Source: Marsupella aquatica
Taxonomy: Eukaryota; Plantae; Marchantiophyta
Reading direction: 5' to 3'
Assembly: GCA_973895155.1 (NCBI GenBank)
Contig: OZ316891.1
Span: 14,725,037-14,789,036, forward strand
Length of the DNA stretch: 64,000 bases
Position numbers and translations under genes: made by a program. Numbering within the stretch: position 1 is the stretch's first letter; each line of letters opens with the position of its first letter. The notes beneath the pieces are model-generated. The model made no database searches, had not been told where the DNA came from, and saw nothing but the letters and a program-made list of their open reading frames with translations. Positions 38,063-49,700 of the stretch are shown here, piece by piece.

Positions 38063-40199
38063 TCAGCTTCTGTAGCCAACAGGCGCTCCCGGCGGAGGAG
38101 GAGGACCGTAAGAGGAATTTTGTGTCATTTGCCCTCCGGGTGGGCCATAGGCATACGTACCCTGTGAGCCTGGGGGGCCCGGAGGTGGTTGCTGTCCCGA
38201 GTAACTTGAGTTTGACGGAGCCCCTGGCCTGGAAGCCACAGGGGGGTTTGGACCATAATTGTACGAGCCATAGCTAGGAGGATTTGAAGGTGGCCCAGCT
38301 GGTCTGGTAGGAGCACCGGGAGGAGTCAAAGTTGGAGGCGTTGGCAATCCATTGGGCTGGGAATTACCTGCAGGATTCGGTCTATACTGGTATTGTCCTC
38401 CGGGAGCAGAATTGTAACCTGCAACACCCACCCGCGCTGTTAAAGACGTGGTTCGCAAAGATACTATGATTAGCCAGAGAAAACTGCCGCAGACAATAAA
38501 TCCTCTTCCTGGATATGTAGTATACCTGACGTAGGTGGTGTCGGCAGGGGAAGTACAGGTAGCCGAATAGAGTTTAACAAGGGTGGTTGAGAGGAAGGTA
38601 GGACGCCTGGAGCAGATCCCAGGATAGGAGGTTTATACTGCCCGGCCTGTAAAGCGGCAAGATGCTGCTGAAATGCTGTGCCACCCCCAGCAGCAGTCTG
38701 ACCCAGATGTTCCTTAACCTTTTGATCGATCAGACTCTGCGTTTGTTGTTCTTCGAATTGCTGATAGTATGCTCTTACATTAGCCTGATTTCAAGAAACC
38801 CAATGAAATGTAAAATTTAGAATCATCCAATGCAACCTGCTAGTGAAAAGTTGAATAGGGGACTTATTCTATGAATTCCTAACCTATCCAGCTGGGAAAG
38901 GATAGGACAAGGGTAAATGGAGCTTAATTGGTTTTACTCGATTTTCATTGTTTAAGGAACTTTCAATCAGACAATTTTCAAAACACATACATCCAGTATC
39001 AACCGAGTTCTGACCTTGTGTTTGTATCCTGCATTGTGTTGTGTCCTCACAGAAGGCTGAAAGTAGATGAAACGAGAGCACAATTAATAATAGTCCAGCA
39101 AAGAAACATCATGATTAGAGACATCTTCTCAAACACTGAATGCACTCCATTCTTCTACAACAAGACGAACTTACATACGTTACAAATGAAACTCGCAGGG
39201 GGTTCGACACAGGCAATAGGGATAAGAAATCCCGTTGTCAACCTACTTAAATTCGTCATGAATCGCAATGCCACAGAACTGAATAACTCCCACGATAATT
39301 GACAATACTTACCGAGTCATGGGTCAGGTATGTATCACAGTAATCACAATAGTATCTGCAGAGCGACAACCGATAGAATCCATAATCAAAACAAGTAGGT
39401 CTGAAGATAGGGCTATGAAATACACTTAAAACTGGAGGGGAAGCATATGTAAAGCAAACGAGAAGAATCTAAAAACCGATCCGCAGAATCAATTGTTTCA
39501 TTTGAAAGTCAGCATGGCCACAGAGAGAGAGAGAGATACTGATCCGAATGGGAAAGATGACGTAGAAAGTGGTATCATTGACAATGTGAAATGTTTAGGG
39601 AAGGAAATGTCAAATACGAGGCTACTGCTATTCAGACCTGTCAACTTCCTTGTGATGTACTTTTGAACCGCGCAGGGTAAGAGAGGGAGCGAGATAGAGG
39701 GACAAAATAGAAAAGGAAAAGCACGAAAGATTCTAAGCATGACTCTAAAGAAGTACTCTCGAAATCGTGCACAATCTGCGCTTAAAAGGGTCATCCCTCT
39801 GACCTACAATCCACAGCAGCGTACACACCAAATCTCTACAATACCAAAAGCCTTATGGATCGAAAGAACATGGAAGAAAGAGACATGACAAGATCTGTGA
39901 ATTCCAATTCGATGCTTTGACTGGAAAACGTGCACCGTTTTCCGGCTTCTATGTGCGTTGAGATGTGTGGCAACGAAACGCAAACCAGGAATGCAGACAA
40001 GAAGTACACAGCGAAGAAACGAACAATACCACCGTAACAAAGACGCAATGACAAATCACGAAAAACAAAAGTGAGGCCAGAATCGCTGGCTCAGAAAACA
40101 ATCACGAGGTTCGAAAGAGAAGAAAAATGGAAACGAGCAAGGCAATCATGAAAAGAAACATTGACGAGCAGCTGCGCCAAAATGATCTTACCGAGGCAT
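38063..40199 (-). CDS. U1C: U1 small nuclear ribonucleoprotein C, 235 aa; exons 40199-40192, 39355-39313, 39056-39015, 38784-38526, 38418-38063
   Basis: Spliced translation begins [59 protein letters not shown] (U1-type zinc finger) and ends in a Pro/Gly-rich tail. All four introns are GT-AG with consistent phase; total CDS 708 nt. Confidence 0.95.
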
Positions 40200-40501
40200 G
40201 ATGCCCGTCGTCCGTCGAGAGGGGACTACAGGCAGCGGAGACAACTTCCCGAGGTCGAGCCGCTTGAGAAGTTTATGATGATGCCAGCACGAACAAGCGG
40301 AGCTACACGGGCTCCGGTACGTTTGTTGGTGAGAAGAGTCCAAGCCCCAGCCTCAGCTACAGCTACCGTATCGGGCAGGCAATGCGTTTGCGTTCGACAG
40401 AGATTGAACGACACTCTGATGCTGCAGCACAACTCCACACGACTAGGGTTCCAAAGAGGGTTGGAATGAATCGAATTTTACCCACCGAGCCCACCGTCAC
40501 C

Positions 40502-40730
40502 GTCGACTGCGATGCGATGTTCCCGACTGTGTTGTAGATGTTGTCGACTGCGATGCGATGTTCCCGACTGCGATGCGATGTTCACGTTTGTGTTGTAGAT
40601 GTTGTCGACTGCGATGCGATGTTCCCGACTGCGATGCGATGTTCACGTTTGTGTTGTAGATGTTGTCGACTGCGATGCGATGTTCAGGTTTGTGTTTCGA
40701 CTGTGATGGATGTTCACGTTTGTGTTGGAT
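40502..40730. repeat. Compound CpG-rich tandem repeat upstream of U1C
   Basis: The subunit cgactgcgatgcgatgttc occurs about 6 times, interleaved with tgtgttgtagatgttgt blocks to form a higher-order unit. Confidence 0.9.
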
Positions 40731-42987
40731 GTTTCGTCTTCTCGGGGGTCTCCTTGGGGTGGGGTTTTATTCTTTTCTTAAACCACATATCTCTATTATA
40801 ATTTGCAAAGGAAATCTATAGATTATGTTCTACTCTCTAGAGTGCAACTACAGGCAGTAAGCGCTTTGGTAATCAGCAGTATCTTTGGTATTCGAGCTAG
40901 TGTTCATATAAAAAGAGAAGTGACCAAGACTTCTCACTTTTTCACATTTCTTTACTCTAGGGTGAGACTTTGCCCCACAATTTCAGGAAAAAAGTTACTA
41001 AAAATGGTGAAAGTTGGTGTATCCAGGTTTTGACATGGACAGTGGCGCTTTAAGAAGGGAGAGGGACCAGCCCACTCAAAACCACCGCAAGGGGGGCAAC
41101 AACCACCCAAGCCAAAAGAAACAAGGTGCGAACTGGGGCCAAACACCCCCAAAATTAAAACAGACTTGCATACCTCTAAACTGAATAGTGTGTGTTACTT
41201 GATGGACCCCATGAGGCACCATGAGAAGTTGGATTGTTACATTGAGTTAAGGTCTATCAATGGTTAAGGTCTATCAATGATATCATGGATCACTCATGGG
41301 GTCCAGGTTGCTCTTTGGTCTTCTTGGGATTTCCTTGAGGATAGACTTGATGTCCTACCAATGGTGCGGAATTAAGCAGGCATGGCTCTGTGGGGCTGTG
41401 TGGTAGCTCAAATTCATTGGTCTTGGGTTCAAATATTATAACTGACTTCTGTTGCCTTCTTTTTCGTGGGGTTTCACGGATTTCCCCTTTCATTTTAAAA
41501 AATAGGTCTATTAATGGTATGGATCACTCAGTCCATGTTGCTCTTTAGTCTTAGTTCTTGGAGTTTCCTTGTGGTAGACTTGATGTAACTCTAAATTGAA
41601 AAGTTTGTGTTACTTGATGGACCCCATGAGAATTTATTAACATTGATGTAAGGTCCATAAAGTATATTTTAGCAGTGCTTGTGAAAAAAAGGCAACTATT
41701 TTCATGGTAAACTAAAATTTTGTAGATTGAAGTACTAAGAAAAATGTAAGGGAAAATTAAATAGATAGCTAAACATTTTTTAGAAAATAGGTGAAATCAT
41801 GTGCAATCTTTAGTGTAGAACAACAGACTTATCCTTGAGATTCTGTCTTCCCTCCTGCTCTAAAAAACAGGTGTCTGTTGCACTATAGAGCCCACTCAGG
41901 CTATTGATTTTAGGGCCTCCAGACATTCTGCTCTTTGTGACCCTCTGTGGTTTACTCCTGAGGTTTTACCAAGCTTTCCACTATATTGCTGAGCCAGACT
42001 TTAGTTCCTTGACCAGTGTGTGGAACTCTCGAGCTTTCTGGTCTTCCTGGCGTTTTCCTGTGATTTCCCCCCTTCATGGGGTCTCCTGCCCCTGGGTTCT
42101 TGTCTCCAGAATTGGCACTTTTTTCTATGGTATAACTGTACTATATAGCTAACATTGGATCCCCTTTTTTCTAAAATGAGTATGATGATCATTAGTTTAC
42201 AAAACTCATCTTTAGAGAGGTCGTTAGTTTATTATACTGGTGTATGAACTGGAAAAGCTCAAGTGGACCCAAGTTGGAGATGCTCTGTCCTACATACCAA
42301 AGCAAACAATCATCTTTAGAGAGTCCTTAGTTTCTTAATATGGTGACTGGAAAAGCTGAACCGAACCCATGCTGGAGATGCTCTGTCCTATGTATAACAA
42401 AGGAAACAACCAGGGAGTGCTTTTGATTAAATCTATATCATACTGCTAGAGACAATAGCGCCAAACCGGGAGAGAACACTTCACAAAACAAAAGCTCCAA
42501 ACCAGGCCAAGGATTCCAATAGAGGAGAAGTAATAAAGGAGTAAAAAATAAAAATAAAACCCACAAACCCCAAAGAGGCAAATGAGCCCATAAGTCTCCA
42601 ACAAAAGAAAGAACTAAATCCCCACCAAGGCAACTAAAAGGCAAGAGACCCAATAAAGCGGGGACTGAAAAAAGGAAATGCCCCAAGAAATCATAGAGGC
42701 AAATAAGCCCTTGAGTTCTCCAAACAACTACAAGAGAACCAAAAACCCACCAAGTAGGGCACTAAATTAATACCCAACTGCTCAGCAAACCGAAAAGATT
42801 TTGTTTTTTTTATGATGTTATGGGGTAGAGATAATGTCTCTTTTGTACACGTTCCAGGTGGTGTATTGGTATCTCAGTTACATAATAATGCAAGCAAGAG
42901 GGACATACTGTGGAACTTTGTTTACGGGTCTACAATAGTTAGAGACTCTTGTAATTCTAAAAATTCTGTGAAAATCCATGTCATGGT

Positions 42988-43273
42988 CTCGGGGGTCTCA
43001 CTATAATTATGGGGACCTCCCCATCACCTGCGACGTTTTTAGGCCTCAAACCCCCTAAAATCTAAGAAAATTCTTTATTTTTTAACCCCTATAAAGTTGG
43101 AATATTAAAATTGGATTAAAAAGACCCTAATGTTCTTATAAGTCTCAAAATTGAATTTAAAAGACCCTATTGTTCTTCTGCAAAAAAGTTTAAGTCTTCC
43201 CTTAGAACCAATAAAACAACCCTATCCTTTGTTGCACGTGATATGCCATTTTTGTGGAAGTGAAACCCCCGTG
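42988..43273. mobile_element. MITE with 8-bp TSD (same family as 16590-16899)
   Basis: Ends ctcgggggtctcac / gtgaaacccccgtg; TSD gtcatggt at 42980-42987 and 43274-43281. Confidence 0.8.
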
Positions 43274-43689
43274 GTCATGGTTCACCATTGGATTATTCCA
43301 AACTAGCCAGAGTTACTTTGGTTTATCAACAGTGAAAAAAAGTCAAATATCATGATTTAACACAAATAGTGACAAAGTATCCAATTCTATCCTTTTGGTG
43401 CCCCTCAACCCTACATTTGACCTAGGATGCGGTACACAGCAAGGGGCACACAAGAATATGCAAATCAGGTTGGACTTATCTAGAGTATTTATAGTAAAAT
43501 TACCTATTTGGACAGGCTACTTGTTGGGCTTCTTGAGGCATGTGGGTATGGATGAAAAATTTTCAATTATGTGTTAGTTGGCTTGAAGTGACAACTTATT
43601 GGATGCCCTTGTGTGCAACTCTTTAGAACCTTTCTTATGAAGACTCTAAGTGGCTTGCAGGAGTGTGATTCCCCGCCAACCAAGCAAAA

Positions 43690-44700
43690 CTTGCTTGTGC
43701 ACTGAAGCTGACTAAGCCAACTTCATCACTTAGATCATTTTTGTGCTTTCTAAATTCATTTCTATTGCAATGGATACAAATAGCTGCAAGTTTATCACTT
43801 ACAGAATAGACATGGTGGTCTATTTTGGTGGAATCTTAGTACCAATGAAGGCCAAAGTTGAGAATTAAACAAATGCATGCAAAGACAGTCAATGATTAGT
43901 TTTCCACATAAGATACATATGGGGACACAAATGCATTCTAAGCCAATTTACCTAAGCCGACTTTAAGCCAACTTGACCTAGGAAAATTAGACCTGAGCTG
44001 ACCTCACCTAAGCCAATCTGACCAGAGAAAACCTTGGCTAAGCCAATTTGGCCTTTGCCAACCTAATCTATCTAAGCAAACTTCAAATTTAGACATGTCA
44101 GGCTTTGCGCATTTTCAATTTCATTTCTATTGGATAAAAACGGTGTGAGTTTATTGCCTCATAGTATAGACATAGCCGTATACTCTGGTAAAAGATCAGT
44201 TCCACTAGAGCTTGAAGTTCATAAATAAAATCGTACAAAGATATATATAAAATAGACTCAGAAATAGACAAAGCTAACCAGTGATCAGTTTGCGGCACTA
44301 TACACAAATGTCTTTTATATAAGGTGACACCTAAGATGATTTCACCTAAGCTGATTTACCTAAGTTGACCTAACCTAAGCCAAATTGACATTTGCTGACG
44401 TTATCTACGCTGAATTCAAAATTTAGACCATGGTCGTGCATTTTTACTTTTGTTCCTACTTGACTTAAACGTTGGAAATTTCTGAGCTCATAGAATATAC
44501 ATGGTGGCTATATACTCTGGTAAAATTAATCTTAGTACCAATGGAACACGGGGTCAGGAATTAATCATAGGCAAAGATAGCCAGCATTTATCTGGTTAGT
44601 TTGTCTCAAACGACATAATTAAATGCCTTCTAAGCTGATGCTACCTAGGCAGATCTGACCTGAGCCAAGCTCACCTAACATGATCTGACCTAGGAAGTCG
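43690..44700. repeat. Diverged ~330-bp tandem repeat (about 3 copies) containing acctaagcc(a/g)a(c/t)t sub-repeats
   Basis: Similar blocks (tttctatt...cat(a/g)g...tggt...tag(t)acca) near 43760, 44125 and 44450, each followed by cctaagc/tgacct arrays. Confidence 0.6.
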
Positions 44701-46475
44701 GACTTGAAAAAACATTTTCATTATGGGAGTGCTTGCACTCTTGTTTGTTTGGGTTTGACTGGTCCTCGCCTTCTTTCCCCCCTCTATTCTTAAACAAAAA
44801 GAATTTCAGTAAAAAAAGAAAGAAAAACAATTCAATCAATCTAGGACTTTTTATTGGATGACATCAATCTAGGACTTAATGTGGCATGGAAGAATTAGTC
44901 AAAAAGTAAACCTAATATTAACTGTTTCCATGGTATGTGAAAGGTTGTGAAGTGAATCACTGTCTTTTTGTATATGGATGGACATCCTTATTGCTAGTTG
45001 TGTTGATATACATGTATGAAGGAACCCGTGTACAACATACAAGGTATCTTGACTTAGAGATGTTTGGTTCACCCAATTTAGGGTGTGTCCATGACCAAAC
45101 TAAAAAAATTCACTATATTCTAACACCATACATTGGCCATAGCTTTGGCAAGTCACAAGCTGAGCTCCCTGACACAATACTCTTGAGTTCTCTCTCCAAC
45201 TCTTGACCATTGATATCTAGTGTGAGCACAAATGAATGAAATGTTCCTCCAAGGTATAGGCCCTTTCCACTAGTCTAACCTCAGCAGCACTTAAACATGG
45301 TTAAGTTTTGCTCAGACAGTTAACTTATTTAGCTACCTGCTAGAGTTAAGTATCAACAAGTTGTTAACCCTTTCTACTTTCAACAATGTTGTAATGGATG
45401 GGGCACTTGTAAAAATACCCTACACCCTAATTCTCCCCTACTGCCCACCCCCTTCCCTAATCACATCAAACAACTTTACTAATTTTTTAGCACCAAACAG
45501 ATTTTGCCTTTTATTTGGTAGAGTACATTTGATAGAAAAATGGTTGGAAAATTAAAGGTCCCAACTAGACCCACATACTGGTTTGTAAAAGCAATGCACC
45601 TTTCAATGGAGAAAAGAAAGATTTTCCAAATTGAAATCATAGAATTCCATTGAAATCTAAAGTACATAAATTTTTGCCTTCTCTCTATACATCTGCTAAA
45701 TGGTTTGATATAAATCTTGTATTACTATTTACAAAACATTCAAAACAAGCACAATCAATCAGTGTCTTGCGGTAGCTGGCAGCTGGCTTCGAGCTTCTGA
45801 GGATAATCTGCCTCTTCGCTGGAGTTCGACATGATTGTGCTGAACAGTCGAGAGTCACATTCCGAGCTCACAAAGGCTTCCATTGAAACAGGTGCCCGTT
45901 CCTATCTGCAACCAGTACTTTGCTGCAGACAACGGAAATGGATGTCTAGTAGCAGAAGATTAAATTTCAGGAGTCGCTCTGAAGTATCAAATCCAACCAG
46001 CCATGGAGATTGCTTCGTCCAAGGTCCAATCGGCACTAATAATGTGAACCAGAAACTCTCGAAAGTTTGTAGCAGTCAGAGGTCTGGGACGAGAGCTAGC
46101 ATCTAGGACTATGTCCGAGTCTAGGGAATATGCACTAGAATCAGAAGCAACACCAGAAAGGCTAAAATCAATCTTGTGCCATCGCATTAAATTTTGATTC
46201 AATCGTTTGAAAATCAATTGTCCCTCCAATTGCTCGATCGGTGTCAGACCGTGAAGAAGAATTGCAGATCAATGTTTGTAGGCAAGAACGACAGAATTCA
46301 TATCCGGCTAATGAAGAGTTTGAAGACACGTACAGCAACTGCGGTGGGAAGATTCTACCATGATGACCTTACAGCCAAGACTTGCAATAAATCTAGGGCA
46401 AGATATCGATCAAGACACGTGAGCTCGGCTGCTGCTTCTGCTCCCGCTGGTGCTGCTCCTCCTACTGCAGCTAGG

Positions 46476-46793
46476 ATGGAAACAAGTTCAGACCGCAGAC
46501 CACAGATTGCCCCAACGCCAGCAACTGCGCTTCGAACGCCGCTGGAACACGAGAGGACAGAAGGCGACTACTACGAGGTTGACCAGATCTTGGATCACCG
46601 CGTGGTGGACAAAAAGGAGGGGCGGAAGAAGGATGGGCGGAAGAAGACCAACCAGTACCTCGTGAAGTGGAAGGGGTATCCTGTGGAAGAGGCAACATGG
46701 GAGCCCACATCTCACTTTTCTCCCGAGGCCATTGAGGAATTTTATCAGATGAAGATGGAGGCTCTAAGGAAATTACTGAGTAGATTTCTGTAG
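46476..46793 (+). CDS. Small chromodomain protein (~105 aa from the ATG at 46476; frame open from 46194)
   Basis: YYEVDQILDHR...YLVKWKGYPVEEATWEP..HF...AIEEF is a canonical chromodomain with the aromatic-cage residues Y/W/Y. The segment is GC-richer than its flanks. Confidence 0.75.
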   Translation: METSSDRRPQIAPTPATALRTPLEHERTEGDYYEVDQILDHRVVDKKEGRKKDGRKKTNQYLVKWKGYPVEEATWEPTSHFSPEAIEEFYQMKMEALRKLLSRFL

Positions 46794-49700
46794 TACTCTA
46801 TCAACATAGGTACACCCGGAACATTGATGACAAGGATTGATGGAATCGTCGCAAACGGGGTTTCCAGGACGAAGAATCAAGGCCCAAGATATGTACATTA
46901 AGAAAATCTTCGAGGCTTTTTTGATTCAATTTGCTGTTGATCCCATTCACGCACCGAATCAATCATATTTGACCCTTAAAAACTGCTCTCCTAGTAGCAG
47001 AACAGTGCACTTGTCCTTCATACAAGCAAACCAGGTTCCATGCTCCATTGATTATGCTTTCTAAGAAGGAACAATGCGTTACGAGGCTAGTTTTAAGATG
47101 CGCGCAGGAGCAAACCCTCGTTTATTCTGTCCAAAGCTTAAAATCTGAGTTTCAAGGACTGGATCTTGCGCATGTAGAGATTTCTTGCAAATGGCTTCGC
47201 GTTTAAGCTTTTGCTAGTTGCAGTGGAAAGGTTCATGATGAGAATAGTCACACTTGTGATGTACAAAGCCGGGGCCGAGGTTTTCTTTGCTGGGCCCAAT
47301 CTGGCAGCAAAAATTATCAGGAGGAGCAGTTGTTGGTCTTTTGGCAGTGTAGAGCGGAATGTCTCCTTCCTGGCGAAAATTCCACCAGTATGGCGGCCAA
47401 TTGTACGGACCCTACAACAAAGAATTGTCCACTTTCAGAGCTCAGCATAATACTACAGTCATTGAACTGAATTGCATTGCAGTAATGGTTTAGCAAAAGC
47501 GTTTCTAATCTTTGAAATCGCTGATTGATTCCAGTTGTCATTACATTTCTAATTTTGATCACTAAACAAGCATTCGGAGGCTGTCTGGCTCAATTGAAAT
47601 GAATTGAAATTTGTACCTGTGCGGTAAGAGCTGCCCACGGCCAGCCATGTCTTTCTTTCATAGGTGGCCAACAACAGTGCCTGTCTTCCCACGGAAGCTC
47701 ATAGGTAATTGTCATGCTGTCCAATCCTCTGTAACCTTTTCGAGCCCTGCAAAGACCACCATCCAGAGAGGAAACAAGTCAACAAGAGAATTCTCATTTA
47801 TTCTAATTACTTTTTGGTTTCTTGTGTAGTTAAGTTTGTCAGCATTTGCTAAAGAGAACCTTGTTACAGTAGAGATTGAATTCATTTGGTAATGTTAGCG
47901 TATTTTCGAGTCAAAATGTTGGGGTCAAGGTTTGTAAACTCCCGAACAATCCAGGAATTTAAAAAGAAAGTTTCTTACATAACCCCGTTCCCATCGTCGT
48001 GATCCGGTGGTAGTCTCTGAGAATCGACAGTACGATAACATGTACTTCTACTGCACGGCGGGAGGTGCCTATTCGACCGCTCCAAGCTAGGTGCCTCCAA
48101 ACGATCCGACAGAGTCTGTCCAATCCTATGCCAAGCTTGGCTAACCATACATTTGCACATTTGCACAGTAGACAGTAGACAGAAAGGTCTGCAGGTTGCC
48201 ACGAAGGTTTTGTGTCTAGCTGATTTTTCAACGGGCCCGACGTCAGCATCGGAAGAGAAGCTTGCTATCATCTGAGCGGAGGTCTCAATTTCAGCACCTC
48301 AAACTTGGTAAGTTCTCCACTTTGATTTGGTGATATTGAAGTCAAAGATGGTACCGTATTTCTAGGTTTCACTGGTCTTAAGAAGGGTATCAAGGAAGTG
48401 GATAATGTGTGCATTGATTGCTAACAACAAAAGAATTCTTAAGAGACAGAATGTTTTCAGAAATCATGAAATGCAAGGGATTTTCAAAGCACCAATTCGC
48501 CTGTTGTTGGTTGCTTTGTGGTGATTACGTTGGGTTCCCCGGACGTAATTGGTCTAGTACTTAAGCCGAGCTTTATTTTCATAACTGCAGTCTAGTTAAT
48601 GCATAGGATTGACTAATATCGTTGGGTTATATCATGCTCTAGGATTTACGCCTCCTTCTTCTGCGAGAAAGTGCTATAAAATTGTAGGAACTTAGAGTAC
48701 TGTACCTTTGGAGCGCAAGGAAATTACGATAGAAGCACCATTGCTTCCACATAGATGATCCAGCCCTAAGTCCGGCATTCCCTAATCTCGAATCATGATT
48801 GCTTTGGAGTTCTTGATCACCATCATGAATCTTGTCCGTAATCATCTTCATGTGTTTAACCTGGTGAGATAGCCATCGTAGGTCCTCTTTGAACCATGGT
48901 TTTAATATGTCCCTTTGAAGTCTCTTATTGGTGAACCCGTTTTTCCTAGTAGGAATGTCGTACTCCAATAGGTAGCCCAACAATACGTCCTTTTTAACAC
49001 CCTTGGCAGGGATTTTATTTTCCTTTTTAATGAAGTCTTTAATCCTCTTATGCTGACGTCGCACGTGTTTTTTATTGAGTACCCGTTTATCTGAAACAGT
49101 CACAATTTTCCCTGAGCATCAATACTCAATAGTGACATAGCAACAAACCTACCAAAGATTTCTTGTTCAATCATTTCGTCTGAAACCCTGCAATTTTATT
49201 AACTAGCCTAACATACTGACGATTAGGCCTACAGAACTGCAGGCTCTGGTGAAACGCAATAGCGCAGGATTTTGTAGGTGGGATCACCTGGGATATAGAT
49301 ATGTGGATATCCGGTGATAGGATGACAGGTAAAATGTTGGAACTCTGGGAGAGACTCGCGGGACCAAAGCGGTGGGTAACAGACCAGTGGCAGATTAGGA
49401 GGGTAACCATGCTGTAGTGAGCACGGGATGACAGGGTTGGGCATCCAGCTCTCGCCTCCACGCAACCATTTCGAAGATCTGTACGCCTTGACCTTTGAGT
49501 TCGGCGATCCGTCCATATCCAAAACCTTCTATTTAAAATCCTGCCGTAGATGTCTTGACGAATTTTTGCCTGCCCGGCGAATAAACTAGACTCTCCACTG
49601 CCCAAATCCAGAACTTTACCAAAAGAAGGGATTCCTGTCCAGCGAGCATATTGGAATAATCTCAACGCTCTTCAGAGGATTGGGCTGTTTCCCGCATGAT

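Noticed and set aside
21898-46793. SET writer and chromodomain reader as one linked system
   Set aside because: The chromodomain lies ~19 kb outside the CACTA TIR, beyond a host gene; there is no sequence evidence of linkage.
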